Assembly (NCBI RefSeq): GCF_001949145.1
Contig: NW_019091400.1
Location: 558,001 to 620,000 of the forward strand
DNA: 62,000 bases
Direction: 5' to 3'
From: Acanthaster planci
Lineage: Eukaryota
Below the pieces are notes generated by a model. The model was not told where the DNA came from, searched no databases, and worked only from the letters and a program-made list of their open reading frames with translations. Both the position numbers and the translations under genes were made by a program. Shown here piece by piece: positions 60,466 to 62,000 of the stretch; within the stretch, counting starts at the first letter, position 1; each line of letters begins with the position of its first letter.

Positions 60466-62000
60466 GAAGTTCAAACTAAGTTTTTTTCATTCTACATGTA
60501 GCTTTCTTTTTAACGTGTTCATCAGATTTTGTCCAAATTCATTGTCTCCAGACATTCAGATAAATTATTAATATCCAACAAATGAGGCCTGTGAATGTGA
60601 CAAACAAAGTCTTCCTTCATTACAGAGTTAAAGAAGAGGGGCCCAAATTAGCCTTCATACCCCAATGAGCAAGTACATGTACTTGTTTCCACACAAGGCT
60701 CATATTTTTAGTCTGCAGAAGGCGAACAAGTTTAACCCCAGAAGTTGTTTGGAGTTCTGACACAAATCGACAGAATACTGAAATACATGTACCCTGTCCT
60801 TATTTTAGCTTAAAGTTAGAAGTGTGCATTCAGTATGTGGTCTGCCATAAGTTGACGCTGATTTTTTTTTTCAGCGGTCACCAGTGCCAGTCATGGTTGC
60901 CCCCTCACTAAGCATATTGTTGGGGCATTTTTTAAATTTACGGGTGCAAGATACATGTACATGTTCCGTATTCTACAGATTCAAACCTGTTTCCCAACTT
61001 TCAATAATAGCATCAACGGCATTCAACAAAATTAAAGTGCCGAGGTTATGAGCAAATTTATCTGCCTAATTTTTCTAGCTACATGTTTTAAAGTATCAAG
61101 CCAAGTAGAGATTTTTTTCCTTCATTTAATTTTGCCTAGCACTTTTAGTTGGATAACAAAGCCCAGAACTTGTATTACACAAATTTGTGTCGCCTGGGTA
61201 TGGACTGTTGAATGTTCTGCTTTACAAATGACAATATACATGTAAGTTCAGAGCACATGCACTCGGAGTACATTGCACCACCAGTCTCTGTAAGCCTTTA
61301 TCATGATGCTGCCATGTTTGTCTTGTTCCCTCTAAACTCATTGGAAATAGATAAACAACTTCATATACAAATGATCAGGTTTTGGTTAGGTGTACATTGC
61401 TTTGAATGGTAGAAAAGCAAGATGCCTGCCCCATGATAGAAGTCCATACTCCCCCCAAAAAATTGACATGCCTGACATGACATGATACATGTACATACAG
61501 GTACCGGGGTAATAACAGTTCATAATGCAACCAGTATTGTCATACCCTGGTGTATGACACTTGCTGTGTGCAATGAAATTTGTTATGTGCACAAAGCTTT
61601 ATCACCTCACAAATGGTTCAAGGTCAGGCAAAAATCAATGGACAGTGTATGGATATATTGCATGATTTGGCAGAAATGTAAGGTCATTTTGAGGGATATG
61701 CTACTGTTGAGTTGGTAGAGAGCTGTTATAGATATTAGCACTTCACACTATGTTCATGGTCATGGAATGACCTAGTCTGTTTAAATTTGAAAAGATGCTT
61801 GTGTCTATGACACATGGGCAGATTGGCATACATGTATCTGATGGGCAATTATTCATGCATGAGATCCTCTCTTGACCTTCAAATTTTGACTAATCAACAG
61901 CCATTTGCTATGAACCCGTATTGGGAAACGCAAATAAGAAAACGTGCTTGACTAACATGTATGTAGTAGGGGTCAGATGAAACCTTTCCAGCAATCAGTA

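Overview
Eukaryotic (animal) genomic DNA with GT-AG spliceosomal introns; the gene content and repeat landscape suggest a marine invertebrate deuterostome such as an echinoderm (inference only). Four + strand protein-coding genes can be reconstructed by hand: a single-exon secreted C-type lectin-domain gene (3166-3717); the mitochondrial replicative helicase Twinkle/TWNK (12 coding exons, 8864-21587, up to 817 aa); MOB2 (5 coding exons, 24204-47132, 230 aa, with a 17-nt first coding segment and a 14.6-kb intron); and a PPP1R15 (GADD34/CReP-family) eIF2alpha-phosphatase regulatory subunit (2 coding exons, 56374-60465, about 1057 aa). Between MOB2 and PPP1R15 is a 5'-truncated Penelope-like retroelement: its RT runs into a 1040-N assembly gap, and an inverted pLTR-like segment carries a minimal hammerhead ribozyme. 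Introns hold many non-autonomous DNA transposons (TA-, TTAA- and hAT-type MITEs, palindromic elements), tRNA-derived SINEs and short tandem duplications. The most interesting signals are three. (1) The pervasive TACATGTA/TACCGGTA/TACAGTA motifs look like accumulated Tc1/mariner-type excision footprints; they interrupt older repeats and even occur inside the PPP1R15 coding exon. (2) PPP1R15 pairs CReP-like protein modules with GADD34-like cis-regulation (C/EBP-ATF site plus uORF stack). (3) There are two hammerhead motifs, one in sense orientation inside the long MOB2 intron. No prokaryotic features or CRISPR arrays were found. All coordinates were read by eye, and TE family assignments are tentative.
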